From: Hyphomicrobium sp.
Lineage (GTDB): Bacteria; Pseudomonadota; Alphaproteobacteria; Rhizobiales; Hyphomicrobiaceae
NCBI RefSeq assembly: GCF_035572195.1
Contig: NZ_DATNBA010000133.1
Coordinates: forward strand, 7,021 to 71,020
Length of the DNA stretch: 64,000 nucleotides
Direction: 5' to 3'
Below are positions 40,072 to 49,516 of this stretch, piece after piece. A program made the position numbers and the translations under genes. Within the stretch, counting starts at the first letter, position 1, and the number at the start of each line of letters is the position of its first letter. The notes under the pieces are model-generated. The model searched no databases. It saw only the letters and a program-made list of their open reading frames with translations, and was not told the DNA's origin.

Positions 40072-40722
40072 TTGTCCTGCACATTGGCGGCATTTGCAGC
40101 CGAGCGTGAAAGGGAATTGGCGCGATCGGTTGGACTTTGGCGCCAATCCGCCGATTTCGTTTTGTCTTTCGCAGATAGCGATCCGAGGCGCGCCGCCGCC
40201 TATAGCAATGCAGGATTCGGTTGTTTGCTCGCAGGAGAACACCGCGAGGCCGAAAACTTTTTGCAAAATGCGGCCGCCCACTGGCGTCTTGCCGAGAGAC
40301 GCGTCGAGGTCGCCGAAGTCCCGCTTGCCGGAGCCGGAACGGCCTTTCATTTGTCGTTGGCGTCGCGACATGGGGAAACACTCACGCGCATTCGGCGCGA
40401 TAAGTACATCGGCATATGCAGGGGTGCCGCCGCCATTACGAACGCCGTGGCTCGACGTTTAGTACAGAGCCATAACATTTCGGAATTAAATGGCGCTGAC
40501 GTTCAAGAGGATATCACTGCACTGGAATCTGCTTTTGGTATCGACTGCGCCGAAGCACTGCTGCTGAAGCACGAGTCCTCCGAAAGCAACGCCACGCTGC
40601 CCTCGGACGAGCTGCGTTTCCTGCACGATCGCTGGCCCGCGGTAGCTCGCCAGACGCGGTCCGAGATGCGTCCCTTTGTTGATGCCGCCTATCTGACAGC
40701 GGGTTTGCATCGGACCGATTAG
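40072..40722 (+). CDS. Helical TPR-like hypothetical protein; start uncertain
   Basis: 216-aa Ala-rich helical ORF (DPRRAAAYSNAG...EAENFLQNAAAHW); frame is open upstream to 39976 without an ATG. Confidence 0.65.
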   Translation: MSCTLAAFAAERERELARSVGLWRQSADFVLSFADSDPRRAAAYSNAGFGCLLAGEHREAENFLQNAAAHWRLAERRVEVAEVPLAGAGTAFHLSLASRHGETLTRIRRDKYIGICRGAAAITNAVARRLVQSHNISELNGADVQEDITALESAFGIDCAEALLLKHESSESNATLPSDELRFLHDRWPAVARQTRSEMRPFVDAAYLTAGLHRTD

Positions 40723-40797
40723 TAGAAGTGGGAGCACGTCGCGCAAGCCGGCTAGCTTCCTGAATATATTGCTACTCACTGAGAACGAGACACCTGA

Positions 40798-41583
40798 ATG
40801 AATAACTTGATCACCCCTGTAGCTCCTTGGAATAGCGACAACGCAAATCAGCCGTTCGTCAAAGAAAAGGTCAAGGCTGCCGCTCACCAGATATTCATGC
40901 AAATTGCAACGGGCCGGTACTCGTTTGGGGCGCGCCTCGATGCAGAACGAAATCTGGCGGACGAGTTAGGCATCACGCGTACAACGATCCGGCAGGCTTT
41001 CGATTTTCTCGAGCACTATGATGTCGTGAAGCGGCGGCCGAACAGCGGGACCTTCGTGGTCTACCGTAGTCCTCGGCCCGGCTCGGAAGCTTCCGCAGGC
41101 GAGAATTCCGCCGATGTGTCGTCAGCCGATGCTCTGGACGTCAAGGCGATCGTGGAAACGGCGTCGCCATTTGAGATGAGCGTCGTGTGCTCGCTCATCG
41201 AGCCCGAAATGGCCAGACTCGCTACGCTCTACATGTCCGTCCGCGATCTCGTAAATTTGCGGAAGCTGCTGGAAGAAATCGATGTGATCGTCACCGATGC
41301 CGAACAGTTCGCCCATCTCGAAAAGCGGTTTTTGATGCAAGTCGCCGAAGGCACGCACAATCGGCTGCTGATCACCATGTATCGGATCATCTGCGAGGTT
41401 CGCAAACAGCCGCATTGGTGCGCCACGCGAATCCAGACGCTCTCGCCCGTACGCATTCGCGAAAGCCAAAAGAAATTGCGGTCGATTTACGAAGCTCTCG
41501 AAAGCCGGGATATTGAAGCGGCCGTCGAGTTCATGAAGCTTCTCGTCGCGAGCAATCAGGAAGATCTGATGTACCCGCTTTAG
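40798..41583 (+). CDS. GntR/FadR (FCD) transcriptional regulator
   Basis: L..ER.LADELGITRTTIRQA...L...VV.RRPNSGTFV wHTH; FCD-like C-terminus (IEPEMARLA, GTHNRLL). Confidence 0.88.
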   Translation: MNNLITPVAPWNSDNANQPFVKEKVKAAAHQIFMQIATGRYSFGARLDAERNLADELGITRTTIRQAFDFLEHYDVVKRRPNSGTFVVYRSPRPGSEASAGENSADVSSADALDVKAIVETASPFEMSVVCSLIEPEMARLATLYMSVRDLVNLRKLLEEIDVIVTDAEQFAHLEKRFLMQVAEGTHNRLLITMYRIICEVRKQPHWCATRIQTLSPVRIRESQKKLRSIYEALESRDIEAAVEFMKLLVASNQEDLMYPL

Positions 41584-41600
41584 GCGAGGAGCATCACCCG

Positions 41601-42881
41601 TCAGCGCCTTTCGACGAGCTTGGTTTGGCGCTGATCCCACATCAAATGCATTTCGCGCATATGCTTCAAGAGTAGGTCGCTGTGGGCCGCCCACCAGTCG
41701 AGGATTGATCCGAATTCAACGATCCGCGCCCGGCCATTCTGAATTGTGACGACCGGCCAGTAGCCGACCAAGGCGTTGTCGATTCCAAAAAGCTCGCGGC
41801 CCCACCAGGCTGCTTCTCCAAATACATGTTTTCCCGTGCCGCCGACTTTCATCATCGCCAAGACCGTTGACGGTTCAAACGTGCGCGCCCGCTCGACCGC
41901 GGTCTTCCAGAGTTCCAGTGTCGAAACATACTCCCAGGACACCGCACTCCAGGCGCCGGGATATCGCGAGCAGAATTCTTCGTAGAATGCGTTGGGATTC
42001 TCGAAATTGATCTGCGGCTCGTTCAGTCTCGGGTCATCGAAGTCGGGAAATTGGAATACGAACCCCTCCATGAAATCCATGCTCGTTTTGTCGATCAAGT
42101 CCACATAGTTGTCGCAAGTACAGGACAACAAACGTCCTTTGAAACCCAACCGGTAAGCCTCGATTGTGAGCGCATGGACGAACGGCTCGTAGGCCGTGTC
42201 CCAGCACAAAATGTCGGGCTGATGCGCCATCAGATCTCGAACGATGCCGGAGAACTCCGTGGTCTCGATGGGAAACAGCCGCTCCGCGACGACTTCAATT
42301 CCGGCAGCTTCGAAGGCCGCCCGGTATGTTGCTATGGAGGGGAGGCCGTGGGCGTCGTCTTGGGTGCACATCGCCACGGTTCTGAGCGTCGGCTCGTCAC
42401 GCTTCAGCCAATCAACTCCCGTTACGTTGTAAATTGGATGGACCTCGGACGGCGCGATCAACGTCCGCGCGTCCGGCGACAGATCGCTGGGTAGTAGTGT
42501 CGTAACGAGCGTCTTCTGTTGATTGACGAAATCGCGCACTTGTTCCGAAAAATCGTTGCCGCCGACCATGACCAACAACTTGGCGCCGTCCTCGAGGATC
42601 AGCTTTCGGGCGCCTTCCAACGCTTTTCCCGGCTTGAATTCGGTATCGAACGGAATGATGTCGATCAGGAACTGCCGGTCACGAACTTGTATGCCGCCTT
42701 GGGCATTGACCCTCTCTTTCCAGATCAAGCACCCGTGATACCCGGGCTCGGCCCAAGACTTCAGTTTTCCGGAGAGCGGAGCCAGGAAGCCGACCGTAAC
42801 ATCTTTCTTTGTCTCGATTCTCAATCGTGGCAGTGCCAGCGAAAGCGCCGACCCTAGCGAACTGCTTGACCGTAGAGCCAT
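41601..42881 (-). CDS. Type 1 (LivJ/AmiC-like) solute-binding protein without evident export signal
   Basis: VGFLAPLSG...VNAQGGI...DTEF..A...ARKLI..D PBP1 N-terminus; no adjacent ABC permease or ATPase. Confidence 0.8.
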   Translation of the reverse strand: MALRSSSSLGSALSLALPRLRIETKKDVTVGFLAPLSGKLKSWAEPGYHGCLIWKERVNAQGGIQVRDRQFLIDIIPFDTEFKPGKALEGARKLILEDGAKLLVMVGGNDFSEQVRDFVNQQKTLVTTLLPSDLSPDARTLIAPSEVHPIYNVTGVDWLKRDEPTLRTVAMCTQDDAHGLPSIATYRAAFEAAGIEVVAERLFPIETTEFSGIVRDLMAHQPDILCWDTAYEPFVHALTIEAYRLGFKGRLLSCTCDNYVDLIDKTSMDFMEGFVFQFPDFDDPRLNEPQINFENPNAFYEEFCSRYPGAWSAVSWEYVSTLELWKTAVERARTFEPSTVLAMMKVGGTGKHVFGEAAWWGRELFGIDNALVGYWPVVTIQNGRARIVEFGSILDWWAAHSDLLLKHMREMHLMWDQRQTKLVERR

Positions 42882-43034
42882 TAGAAGAGTTGATCCCCCG
42901 CGTTTCGTTTACGCAAGTCTTCGTCGCGTGCTGCAGCGCGGATGCTCGGTCTATCCCACCTTGCGACAACCTCTTGTTTGAACATGGTTTACCGCATTGA
43001 AGTACTGGCGTCCCAAAGTTGGTGAGTTTGCGTG

Positions 43035-43226
43035 ATGCCCAAAACAATTTCTCCGCCCATCGGACAAGATACGCCGAAGACGCTTTTGCCTGAACCGTTG
43101 ACGCCAGATGACATTGCCGAAATGCTGACGGAAGCCGCGGAAGTTGACGCGTTTTTTCAAACGGGAATTCCGGGTCGATCGCGCGCCTATCTCCAAGGTA
43201 GCATCACCGGCAAACCTTGCCGATAA
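43035..43226 (+). CDS. Possible small hypothetical protein (may be frameshifted)
   Basis: Short ORF with helical-looking middle LTPDDIAEMLTEAAEVDAFF; no family recognised. Confidence 0.3.
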   Translation: MPKTISPPIGQDTPKTLLPEPLTPDDIAEMLTEAAEVDAFFQTGIPGRSRAYLQGSITGKPCR

Positions 43227-43665
43227 CTCCACTCACGGATCTGACCGTCCGGCTTGGCCGCCGGAAGAGAGCCCTCGCTTGCAAATTTTGCGGCGGCAGA
43301 GCGACTTTCGATAAGCAAACCCATGCCGGTAGAACCGAACGGTTCAACGTCGCGAGACGCTACGTTATTAACGCTACATCGCGGCACTTTTAACTTTATC
43401 TGCAAAACCCGCGCCTGGCACGAAACCATTGTGTAGACTCGCCGGTAGTTCCGTTGATGACCGCGGTGTTCGCACCCCCTCATCATAGGTTCCAAAGAGT
43501 ACCTGTCTTCACAAACCCGCTTTTGCGGACTCTCCGGTACTTGTGAGGGGCCTAGAAATACCTGGTATGCCTGGGAGCCCCGGTCCTCTAGCATATTTGA
43601 GGCCGGGGCTTTCCGCTCGACTAAGCCGGATGTTGAGACGAACCATAATGAGATCGAGGCTTGAA

Positions 43666-43989
43666 ATGAGCCATTGTGCAAGCATGCTCACGATCCTCGT
43701 GGCTGGGTTAGCTCTGACGGCGTTCACACCGCTGGCTGACGCGACGTCACTGTACCACGCGCACCGAGGTCATATCACCGGCCACTCCAGCTATCACTCG
43801 AGCTATAACGTCCGCCTAAAAAGAGGCTATTCAAGACGGGGGCCGCCGTACGGACCAGGGTTTGGCTTTGCCACCTACGCCGGAGATCCATTCGCCTATG
43901 ACGACTATTATGACGGTCACCGATGCTATTACCTGCATCGCCGCGACGTTTGCCTCGGCTTGAACAGGCCGCTCGATCCTTTTGAATAA
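43666..43989 (+). CDS. Secreted His/Tyr/Gly-rich small protein
   Basis: Signal peptide ending in ADA; mature part rich in H, Y, G, R with two Cys. Confidence 0.65.
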   Translation: MSHCASMLTILVAGLALTAFTPLADATSLYHAHRGHITGHSSYHSSYNVRLKRGYSRRGPPYGPGFGFATYAGDPFAYDDYYDGHRCYYLHRRDVCLGLNRPLDPFE

Positions 43990-44168
43990 TGCGCGTCTCT
44001 CGGGCGAACCCTCTTTTTAAGCTCGCCCATGCGGTCCACCCCGGCAGGCTTTAAGCCTGCGTGCTGGAACTAAAGCAGCCAATAAAGCGTCAATGCTTGA
44101 GCGGGCCGGCGCTATACCGGTACACCGCTTTGGCCCTCGATCAAGGCGCCGTGAAGGGAGTTCCAGTC

Positions 44169-44621
44169 ATGCCGGAAAATCCCGACTTTCAAAGCTTTGG
44201 GAGATCTCTGGGAAGTCCGCTGCGGAATTGGCTCAATAACAGCGAAAAATGGACGTCGTTCTTGATCGCACTCGCCGTCCGCCATAGCCGGAAGCGGAGA
44301 GCGCCGGACGTGCCGAAAAGCGGAACCGTGTTAAGCCCGGCTAAAGCGGACGCGGCACCTAACTATCTGGGGCGATGCTCCGAGCAAGCGCTGGACGCCT
44401 ATACCGTCGAGGATGCAATCTTCTGGCATTGCGAGATTATTGGTGAACTCGCCGTGCAAATTCACGAAACACAATCGAAGCTATGGCCGGCGTCGGCAAA
44501 GGCGACCGTCATCGAGGCGCTGCGGGAACGACAGCAGGATCATGGCCGGGCCGTAGCGCGGTTGTACGGCATCGTGCGTCGCAACGAACAGCTGATTTGG
44601 CAACCCGGCGGGGTCGATTAA
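44169..44621 (+). CDS. Hypothetical protein
   Basis: AAGGGAG RBS before ATG 44169; helical C-terminal half; no family recognised. Confidence 0.5.
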   Translation: MPENPDFQSFGRSLGSPLRNWLNNSEKWTSFLIALAVRHSRKRRAPDVPKSGTVLSPAKADAAPNYLGRCSEQALDAYTVEDAIFWHCEIIGELAVQIHETQSKLWPASAKATVIEALRERQQDHGRAVARLYGIVRRNEQLIWQPGGVD

Positions 44622-44653
44622 ACGGGTCGCCGATCCTGCTACGAGCACGCCCG

Positions 44654-44682
44654 AAAAAAAACGCGGTTACGAGAACCGCGTT
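44654..44682 (-). terminator. Rho-independent terminator
   Basis: AACGCGGTT-ACGAG-AACCGCGTT stem with an A run on plus (U tract on minus). Confidence 0.7.
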
Positions 44683-44899
44683 ACGATCCGGGTCGGCGCC
44701 GTTGAGGTGATCCCTGCAATTTCCGGTGGACCCCATAGGCGTGGCCGGCGAGGCCAATGCCCCAGCCGATAAGCGGCCAATAAAACCATAAATGTTCAGG
44801 AGTTAGCGTGAGATTGATCACGATCAGAAGAATGTTGACCGCGGCGTACGCCATTGCGTGGATTTGAAAGCCGCGATCTTCAAAAATTTGACGCATCAC
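44681..44899 (-). CDS. 2TM domain protein
   Basis: GF.IH...Y..VN..L..IN......WF.WP..GWGIGL..H pattern. Confidence 0.85.
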   Translation of the reverse strand: MMRQIFEDRGFQIHAMAYAAVNILLIVINLTLTPEHLWFYWPLIGWGIGLAGHAYGVHRKLQGSPQRRRPGS

Positions 44900-45031
44900 T
44901 GAAAATTCCTTGGACAGCTAAGTGCCGGGCACAACGCCAACGCGGAGATACCACTCCATACCGTCTTCATCTACGGCGGCTTTGCGAACGCCCCATGCCT
45001 GGGGCGATCGCGTCTATGCCCGCCGTGGTTC

Positions 45032-45304
45032 TCACCTGCCTCGCCACAACCATAGCGTCAACGCGGCACCAATGATGGCGATGAGATAGAGCAGAGCTGA
45101 TGGCAGCAGGCCCAGGATGATGCCGACATGGTAACCCATGAACGAGCCCGCGATGCCGATAAGGCTGTAGGTAATATCGCCAACGCCGGTGGCATCGGCC
45201 ACTTGGCGACCCAGCCAGCCCCGGCCGTAACGGTTGAAGATCAGTCCGACAACGATACCGATCACGACGAGAATGATAAACGTCGACAACGCGCTTTCTG
45301 GCAT
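45032..45304 (-). CDS. GlsB/YeaQ/YmgE-like small membrane protein
   Basis: IGIVVGLI, IGIAGSFMG, AIIGAAL.LWL helical pattern. Confidence 0.75.
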   Translation of the reverse strand: MPESALSTFIILVVIGIVVGLIFNRYGRGWLGRQVADATGVGDITYSLIGIAGSFMGYHVGIILGLLPSALLYLIAIIGAALTLWLWRGR

Positions 45305-45533
45305 AGCGTCCTCCAGCCTAGGTGTGTCCCGCTCAGCGGTATTCTACCCGACTCGCGACCGCAAAAGTCAGAATATTCGACCGGGGACTGACGATTGCCC
45401 ACCCAAATCGAGCACCTTGGGGCGGGCGCGAAACCAAACGGCGATAAGCCTCCCGGGCGCCTGACCGGCGACGGGCTTGGGAACTCTTTGGCCCCGCCGT
45501 GCATCTTCTACTGTGACGAATTCCCGACGAGAT

Positions 45534-48197
45534 ATGGGACGGGATCAGCAAGGCGACGATGTCGAACTGCGCGAGTGGACCGACTCCATAGCGTCGGTTA
45601 TCGCCTTTGAAGGCACTGGCAGGGCCGACGACATCCTCGTGGAAGTGGTCAACGCTGCCCGGCGCGGCGGCGCTTATATCCCATTCGCCTCCAATACCGC
45701 CTACCGCAATACCATCTCCGTCGAGGACGCGCCGAAGCATCCCGGCGATCGCGAGATCGAGCATCGCATCGTCGCGGCCATCCGCTGGAACGCGGCGGCT
45801 ATCGTTCTGAAGGCCAATAAGGACTCATCCGAACTTGGCGGACACATTGCGAGCTATCAGTCCGCAGCCACGCTCTATGAGACGGGCTTCATGCATTTCT
45901 GGCATGCGCCGTCGGCGCATCATGGCGGCGACCTGATCATGATCCAGGGCCACTCGTCACCCGGCATCTACGCGCGCGCCTTCCTCGAAGGCCGATTGAC
46001 CGAATCCCAGATGCTGCATTTCAGACAGGAGGTGGGCGGCCGCGGATTGTCCTCTTACCCGCATCCCTGGCTGATGCCGGACTTCTGGCAGTTCCCGACC
46101 GTCTCGATGGGGCTCGGTCCGCTAATGGCGATCTATCAGGCGCGCTTCCTAAAGTATCTTCACAATCGCGGGCTGGCAGATACCGAAGATCGCCACGTAT
46201 GGGTGTTCTGCGGCGACGGCGAGATGGACGAGCCTGAAAGCCTTGGCGCGATCTCGCTCGCCGGACGCGAACGGCTCGACAATCTGATCTTCGTCATTAA
46301 CTGCAATCTGCAGCGCCTCGACGGCCCGGTGCGTGGCAACGGAAAAATCATTCAGGAACTCGAACGCAACTTCCGCGGCGCTGGTTGGAACGTCATCAAG
46401 GTCGTTTGGGGCTACCAGTGGGACGAACTCTTCGCGCGCGATACGACCGGCAAGCTGGCGCAGTTGATGGAAGAATGCGTTGACGGCGAATACCAGGATT
46501 TCAAGTCGAAAGACGGCGCCTACATTCGTGAGAAATTCTTCGGCCGCTATCCCGAGACGGCTGCGCTCGTCGCCGACTGGTCGGACGAAAAGATCTGGCG
46601 GTTGACGCGCGGCGGCCATGACCCGTCGAAGGTCTATGCCGCCTACGCCGCCGCCGTCCGCCACAAAGATCAGCCGACGTGCATCCTCGCCAAGACAGTG
46701 AAGGGCTACGGCATGGGGCCGGCCGGCGAAGCGACGATGCTGGCACATCAATCGAAGAAAATGGACATCGAGGCTCTTAAGCATTTCCGCGACAAGTTTC
46801 GTGTTCCTATCGCCGATGCTGATCTCATCGACCTGCCGCTGATACGCTTTGCGCCGGATTCGCCTGAAGCAAACTATCTCCGCAAGACGCGCGAAGCCCT
46901 CGGCGGTTCATTGCCGGTTCGGCGGCGAAAAGCTGAGCCGCTCGAAGTTCCGCCGCTGTCAAGTTTTGAAACGCAATTGAAGGGCACGGAGGGCCGGGAA
47001 ATCTCGACGACGATGGCGTTCGTCCGGATTTTGACGACCCTGATGCGCGACCCGACGGTCGGCAAACGCATCGTTCCGATCGTGCCTGACGAAGCGCGCA
47101 CATTCGGCATGGAGGGCATGTTCCGGCAGTTCGGGATCTTCAGCTTAACGGGCCAGCTTTACCGGCCGCAGGATGCCGATCAGCTGATGTTTTATAAAGA
47201 AGACAAGACCGGCCAGATGCTGCAGGAAGGCATCAACGAAGCCGGCGCGATGGCGTCGTGGATGGCGGCGGCGACGAGTTACTCGACGTCGAATGTCGAA
47301 ATGGTGCCATTCTACATCTTCTATTCGATGTTCGGCTTTCAGCGCGTCGGCGACCTTGCATGGGCGGCCGGCGACATGCGGGCGAGGGGCTTTCTTCTCG
47401 GCGGTACGTCCGGCCGCACGACGCTTAACGGCGAAGGGCTGCAACACGAAGATGGCCACAGCCACGTCCTTTCGGCGACCATTCCTAATTGCGTCTCCTA
47501 CGATCCGACCTTTGCCTATGAAGTCGCGGTCCTGATCCAGCACGGCCTGAAGCGCATGCTGATCGACCAGGAAGACGTATTTTTCTATCTGACGCTTTTG
47601 AATGAAAGCTACGAACACCCGCCGATGCCGCCCGGCGTCGAGGACGGTATCGTGCGCGGCATGTATCTCTTCCGCGAAGCACCCAAAGCCGCGGGCCGCC
47701 ATAAGGTTCAGCTTCTGGGCTCCGGCGCGATCCTGAGAGAAGTCATCGCCGCGGCCGAGCTGCTTGCGAACGATTGGGATGTGTCGGCCGAAATCTGGAG
47801 TGTCACCAGTTTCACGGAACTTGCCCGCGAGGCGCGCGACGTCGAACGCTGGAACATGCTGCACCCTACCGAAACACCGCGCGCGCCTTACGTTACGGAA
47901 CGGCTTTCCGAATTTGGAGAGGGCCCCGTTATCGCGTCGACCGACTACATGAAGCTCTTCGCCGAACAGATCCGTTCGTACGTGCCCGGCCGCTACCGCG
48001 TCTTGGGAACGGACGGCTTTGGCCGTTCGGATTACCGAAAAGCTTTGCGATCGTTCTTCGAGGTCGATCGCCACTTCGTCACGGTTGCGGCGTTGAAAAC
48101 TCTCGCCGACGAAAACAGAATTCCGTCCGTCAAGGTCGCCGAAGCGATCCGCAAATACGGCATCGACCCCGAAAAGCAAAATCCCGCGCACAGCTAA
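45534..48197 (+). CDS. aceE: Homodimeric (AceE/MdeB-type) 2-oxoacid dehydrogenase E1
   Basis: [35 protein letters not shown] motif, [19 protein letters not shown]; start moved to ATG 45534. Confidence 0.9.
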   Translation: MGRDQQGDDVELREWTDSIASVIAFEGTGRADDILVEVVNAARRGGAYIPFASNTAYRNTISVEDAPKHPGDREIEHRIVAAIRWNAAAIVLKANKDSSELGGHIASYQSAATLYETGFMHFWHAPSAHHGGDLIMIQGHSSPGIYARAFLEGRLTESQMLHFRQEVGGRGLSSYPHPWLMPDFWQFPTVSMGLGPLMAIYQARFLKYLHNRGLADTEDRHVWVFCGDGEMDEPESLGAISLAGRERLDNLIFVINCNLQRLDGPVRGNGKIIQELERNFRGAGWNVIKVVWGYQWDELFARDTTGKLAQLMEECVDGEYQDFKSKDGAYIREKFFGRYPETAALVADWSDEKIWRLTRGGHDPSKVYAAYAAAVRHKDQPTCILAKTVKGYGMGPAGEATMLAHQSKKMDIEALKHFRDKFRVPIADADLIDLPLIRFAPDSPEANYLRKTREALGGSLPVRRRKAEPLEVPPLSSFETQLKGTEGREISTTMAFVRILTTLMRDPTVGKRIVPIVPDEARTFGMEGMFRQFGIFSLTGQLYRPQDADQLMFYKEDKTGQMLQEGINEAGAMASWMAAATSYSTSNVEMVPFYIFYSMFGFQRVGDLAWAAGDMRARGFLLGGTSGRTTLNGEGLQHEDGHSHVLSATIPNCVSYDPTFAYEVAVLIQHGLKRMLIDQEDVFFYLTLLNESYEHPPMPPGVEDGIVRGMYLFREAPKAAGRHKVQLLGSGAILREVIAAAELLANDWDVSAEIWSVTSFTELAREARDVERWNMLHPTETPRAPYVTERLSEFGEGPVIASTDYMKLFAEQIRSYVPGRYRVLGTDGFGRSDYRKALRSFFEVDRHFVTVAALKTLADENRIPSVKVAEAIRKYGIDPEKQNPAHS

Positions 48198-48226
48198 TCA
48201 GGCAGCTCATCAGGCAGGGACCGGCC

Positions 48227-49507
48227 ATGTCCGTCGTCGACGTCAAGGTGCCGAATATCGGCGACTTCAAAGATGTTCCGGTCATCGAAGTTCTCGTCGG
48301 TCCGGGCGATCAGGTCAAAGCCGACGACCCGCTCATCACGCTCGAGAGCGACAAGGCGGCAATGGAAGTTCCTGCGCCGTTTCCGGGAAGAGTATCGGCG
48401 GTCCTGATTGCAATCGGCGATAAGGTGAGCGAAGGCAGCGCCATCTTGAAGCTCGATGTTGATGGGACTCAGGAGCCTGAAAAGCAGTCGCGTAAAGTGG
48501 AAGAGCAGCGTCAACCGGAGGGCCTCGCGGAGCCTGCACCGGCCGCGCCTTCCGGCACCAGAGCCGAGGCGCCATCTTCCAGTGAACCGAGCCCGCCTGC
48601 ACCCATTGAGTTCGATGGCGTCCACGCCAGCCCATCGGTACGCAGGACGGCCCGCGAGCTTGATGTCGATCTGACCAAAGTCACCGGCACCGGCGAGAAA
48701 GGCCGGATCACCAAGGACGATGTCAAGCGTTACATCGCCAAAAGTGCGCGCGGCGAGGCCGGTGTTACGACTGGCATCCCGGAAATCCCGGCGCAGGATT
48801 TTTCGAAATTCGGAACAATCGAGTCAAAACCGCTATCTCGATTGAGGAAGCTTGCCGGCCCGCATTTGCATCGCGCCTGGCTGAATATTCCGCATGTCAC
48901 GAATTCGGACGAGGCGGACATCACTGATCTCGATGGATATCGCCGGAAACTGGACGAGGATGCGAGGGCGAAAGGCTATCGAGTCACGCTCGTATCGTTT
49001 CTGCTGAAGGCCAGCGTCATGGCGCTGAAGGAGCACCCCGACCTCAACGCCTCGTTGGCACCGGCAAAGGACGCGCTGATACTGAAGAAATATTACAATT
49101 TCGGCGTCGCCGTGGATACGCCAGACGGTCTCGTCGTGCCGGTGATCAAGGACGTCGATCGCAAAGGCATCCTTGAGCTTAGCCAGGAGCTTAGCTCCGT
49201 ATCGGCACGAATGCGCGAAGGCCGCATTACGCCAGAGGATATCCAGGGCGGAACGTTTTCGATCTCAAGTCTCGGCGGCATCGGCGGCACGAATTTCACG
49301 CCAATCATCAATGCGCCGGAGGTGGCAATTCTCGGTGCTATGCGGGCCAGCATCAAGCCAGTGTGGGACGGCGCGACGTTCAAGCCGCGGTTGATATTGC
49401 CGCTTTGTGTTTCCTACGATCACCGCGCGGTCGATGGTGTCCTTGCCGCGCGCTTCCTTCGAACGCTGGCTGATGCGCTCGGCGATATCCGCCAGCTCGT
49501 CCTGTAG
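48227..49507 (+). CDS. aceF: Dihydrolipoamide acetyltransferase E2, single lipoyl domain
   Basis: LESDKAAM lipoyl Lys, HASPSVRR E3-binding domain, DHRAVDG catalytic motif; start ATG 48227. Confidence 0.92.
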   Translation: MSVVDVKVPNIGDFKDVPVIEVLVGPGDQVKADDPLITLESDKAAMEVPAPFPGRVSAVLIAIGDKVSEGSAILKLDVDGTQEPEKQSRKVEEQRQPEGLAEPAPAAPSGTRAEAPSSSEPSPPAPIEFDGVHASPSVRRTARELDVDLTKVTGTGEKGRITKDDVKRYIAKSARGEAGVTTGIPEIPAQDFSKFGTIESKPLSRLRKLAGPHLHRAWLNIPHVTNSDEADITDLDGYRRKLDEDARAKGYRVTLVSFLLKASVMALKEHPDLNASLAPAKDALILKKYYNFGVAVDTPDGLVVPVIKDVDRKGILELSQELSSVSARMREGRITPEDIQGGTFSISSLGGIGGTNFTPIINAPEVAILGAMRASIKPVWDGATFKPRLILPLCVSYDHRAVDGVLAARFLRTLADALGDIRQLVL

Positions 49508-49516
49508 GTAACGGCG

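Noticed and set aside
43994-44002. CGTCTCTCG matching the 3' part of tRNA-Asp, a possible attR closing a tRNA-anchored island
   Set aside because: Only 9 nt, expected by chance in 64 kb, and no integrase is present, so active mobility of the island is not supported.
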